Part shown: in pieces, positions 61,996-64,000 of the stretch
Numbering within the stretch: the first letter of the stretch is position 1
Layout of the letters: every line of letters starts with the position of its first letter
Assembly: GCA_963664815.2 (NCBI GenBank)
Contig: CAXXHB010000003.1
Span: 2,720,001-2,784,000, forward strand
Source of the DNA: Spirochaetota bacterium
Lineage (GTDB): Bacteria > Spirochaetota > UBA4802 > UBA5550
DNA length: 64,000 bases
Reading direction: 5' to 3'
The notes under the pieces: generated by a model
The model's input: only the letters and a program-made list of their open reading frames with translations
Databases searched by the model: none
Told to the model about the DNA's origin: nothing
Translations under genes and position numbers: made by a program

Positions 61996-62489
61996 TGTTG
62001 CTCCATAATTATTCTGTTTTTAGCATTGTAAGATTATTATCTTTCTCCCCAATTACGGCAATTGGAACTACCCTTTAGTTAAACTGTTTAATTTTATATA
62101 TTAATTTGAAACAATATCGTAATTTAAATTACAAGCATAAAACCCAGAATAATTATATTAAATTTAAGACTTACTAAAAAATTTCTCTCTCTCTGTATAA
62201 TAATAGGCTGACAGGTCTTTTGTAATGGGCTTAACCCCTTATACCACATAAAAAATTAACCATCCCGTGCAGCTTCTCCGGTTCATCATTGTAAAGAATA
62301 TTTAAAATCCTCCATTTTTATAATAACAGTCATTAACAGAAAATCACTTTATGACTTATATATGCATTATACAATAACCACCACGACAGAGAGTGGACTA
62401 TACATTTATATAGTTAAAAAACTGAACACAACTGCAGGATTAAAAGATTTTCAGGATTTGTTTCGGCTCTTCATCTATTACAGCCATTT

Positions 62490-62633
62490 ATACTTACCTT
62501 CCCCAGCAACTCCCTCTTTGAGGTGAAACGGTGGGTATTGTCATGGGGGCGGGACGCAAAGGTGCTGGCGCCGCCTGAACTGATTGCCGAAATTAAAGAC
62601 GATATAGCCGTTATGATGGATATTTATACATAA
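62490..62633 (+). pseudogene. C-terminal (WCX) remnant of a WYL regulator
   Basis: ILTFPSNSLFEVKRWVLSWGRDAKVLAPPELIAEI...Y.*; no start. Confidence 0.7.
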
Positions 62634-62814
62634 TCTGAACAATCGCCTCATACTCCATCCGGAGATACAGACATCGAAGTTTATACACAAATCATGCCAA
62701 AAACAGCAACACCACGGGGAGTCCCTGCCCGCTTATCCGCTGTTTATCTGCCATTTATCCGCCATGTATACGCCATCTATCCGGCGAAGTGACACTGAAA
62801 AAATTTTCACTTTT

Positions 62815-62927
62815 TTTAAATCTTCAATCATCTCTGCGGGTGAACCGTGCCTTCCGATAATGCGTTTAATATCTGAGATTTATTTTGCAATAAGCTCTAG
62901 CTTTGCCGCATCAGATTTATTAAACAT
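62815..62927 (-). pseudogene. DUF86/HepT-like toxin remnant
   Basis: MFNKSDAAKLELIAK*ISDIKRIIGRHG overlapping the MNT stop. Confidence 0.55.
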
Positions 62928-63228
62928 ATACAACTTCCGGCAGAATATATTTATATCCTATCTCGTTAAGGGCATTTTTGTTGGCCAGGTCAACTTTATA
63001 ATTAAGTTCTTTCCGTATATCTCTTTCAATATTATCAAGAACCGGATATATTTCAAATCCCGGATACCTGTTATAAAATTCCGGTTTAAGTTCATATAAA
63101 ATATCTATATCGCTGTCATCCCTGTAATCGCCTCTTGCAAATGATCCGAAAACACCAAGAATGATAAAACCCTCATGTTTATATTTTTCTTTAAGGAGCC
63201 TGATTTTTTCAATAACCTGATTATCCAT
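62920..63228 (-). CDS. Minimal nucleotidyltransferase (MntA-like)
   Basis: GVFGSFARG....SDIDILYE, KVDL. Confidence 0.9.
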   Translation of the reverse strand: MDNQVIEKIRLLKEKYKHEGFIILGVFGSFARGDYRDDSDIDILYELKPEFYNRYPGFEIYPVLDNIERDIRKELNYKVDLANKNALNEIGYKYILPEVVYV

Positions 63229-63314
63229 AGCATAATCCTTTTGTACTGCTTTTTTAATTATTACTTACAAAACCGGCTCCATTTCAAGTATATATAATAT
63301 CCATTCCCCACTCG

Positions 63315-63402
63315 GGATTCTTCAGACAGCGTCCGGAGATTTCCCGGATAGTAAATATAAAACTGACGGTAAAGGTTCGGGTTTATGTATGAAAGCCCTT
63401 CA
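63315..63402 (-). pseudogene. YhcG/DUF1016 N-terminal-like fragment
   Basis: KGF/S..N..LYRQFY..YP...RTLSEE across a frameshift. Confidence 0.5.
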
Positions 63403-63563
63403 TTTATATCCCCCGGGATTTTCTGATCATGTATGGTATCATGTATGGCATCATGTACGGTGAAAATGAAGAGTCTCCATATTCTCCCGGGCTGCCGCTC
63501 TCTGCCACTCAGTTCTTTAAAATATTAGAGGAGGTTTTTTTACCTTAAACCGGTTCATGCCAG

Positions 63564-63626
63564 CTACCCTCTCCCGGACTTCGGCCGGGAGAGGGTGCTC
63601 CAGCGTCAGCGCAGAGCGGGTGAGGA
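63564..63626. repeat. Solo right half of the DUF559-associated palindrome
   Basis: CTACCCTCTCCCGG..CCGGGAGAGGGTGCTCCAGCGTCAGC..GAGCGGGTGAGG. Confidence 0.85.
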
Positions 63627-64000
63627 GCCTTTAATCTATTAAAGGATTAACAGGATTTCCTGCAAACAGAGGTTACCCTGCACGAACATACTTACGTTGT
63701 GCATCAGACAATTTATATGCAATACCACAACAGATTTAAGACAAAATCCCGACTCTCTTTACAGAAAAGTCAGTATCGCCTACATTTCGCTTCAATTACG
63801 CCTCAAACACGCTACCTACAGTTTTAAACGTGCGTTTTTCTCTGTCGATAACGGAGTTGAAACGGTATTGAAACGGTTTTCAACAGGGTTTACATACTGC
63901 TTAAATCCCGCTTTAACAGATGCACATCTGTCTTTTACCGCATTAAAATTACTCTGTCCACCTGCTGATCTGCTGTTTGCTGAATAGTAACAGTTATATT

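Noticed and set aside
63697-63987. 96-aa plus-strand ORF
   Set aside because: No RBS, motif or other support that it is coding.

Overview
AT-rich bacterial chromosome segment. A Spirochaetota-like origin is only an impression from the gene families. No rRNA, tRNA, cas or CRISPR array was seen. The left part (1-26.5 kb) is mostly ordinary: surface lipoproteins, an ankyrin protein, an acyltransferase-like protein, a leuA-type gene behind a perfect sigma54 promoter, two MBL hydrolases, two acyl-CoA ligases, BlaI/M56-M23 with its operator, a SpoIIE phosphatase, LuxR, a hybrid kinase, and a secreted protein with a CNF1/BLF1-like deamidase motif. From 26.7 kb the window is a defence and toxin-antitoxin island, mostly on the minus strand. 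It holds a 21 x 43-bp hairpin repeat array and five copies of a composite intergenic element that supplies a -35 box to different TA/defence modules. It also holds many TA pairs (often with a broken toxin and intact antitoxin), Fic, a DUF488 operon, Mrr, an IS701-like element, McrBC split by hicAB plus a decayed second copy, and an uncharacterised four-gene candidate defence cluster. A type I R-M system follows, with a palindrome-flanked, tandemly duplicated DUF559 nuclease between hsdM and hsdS. Product calls come from motif recognition by eye, not database searches.
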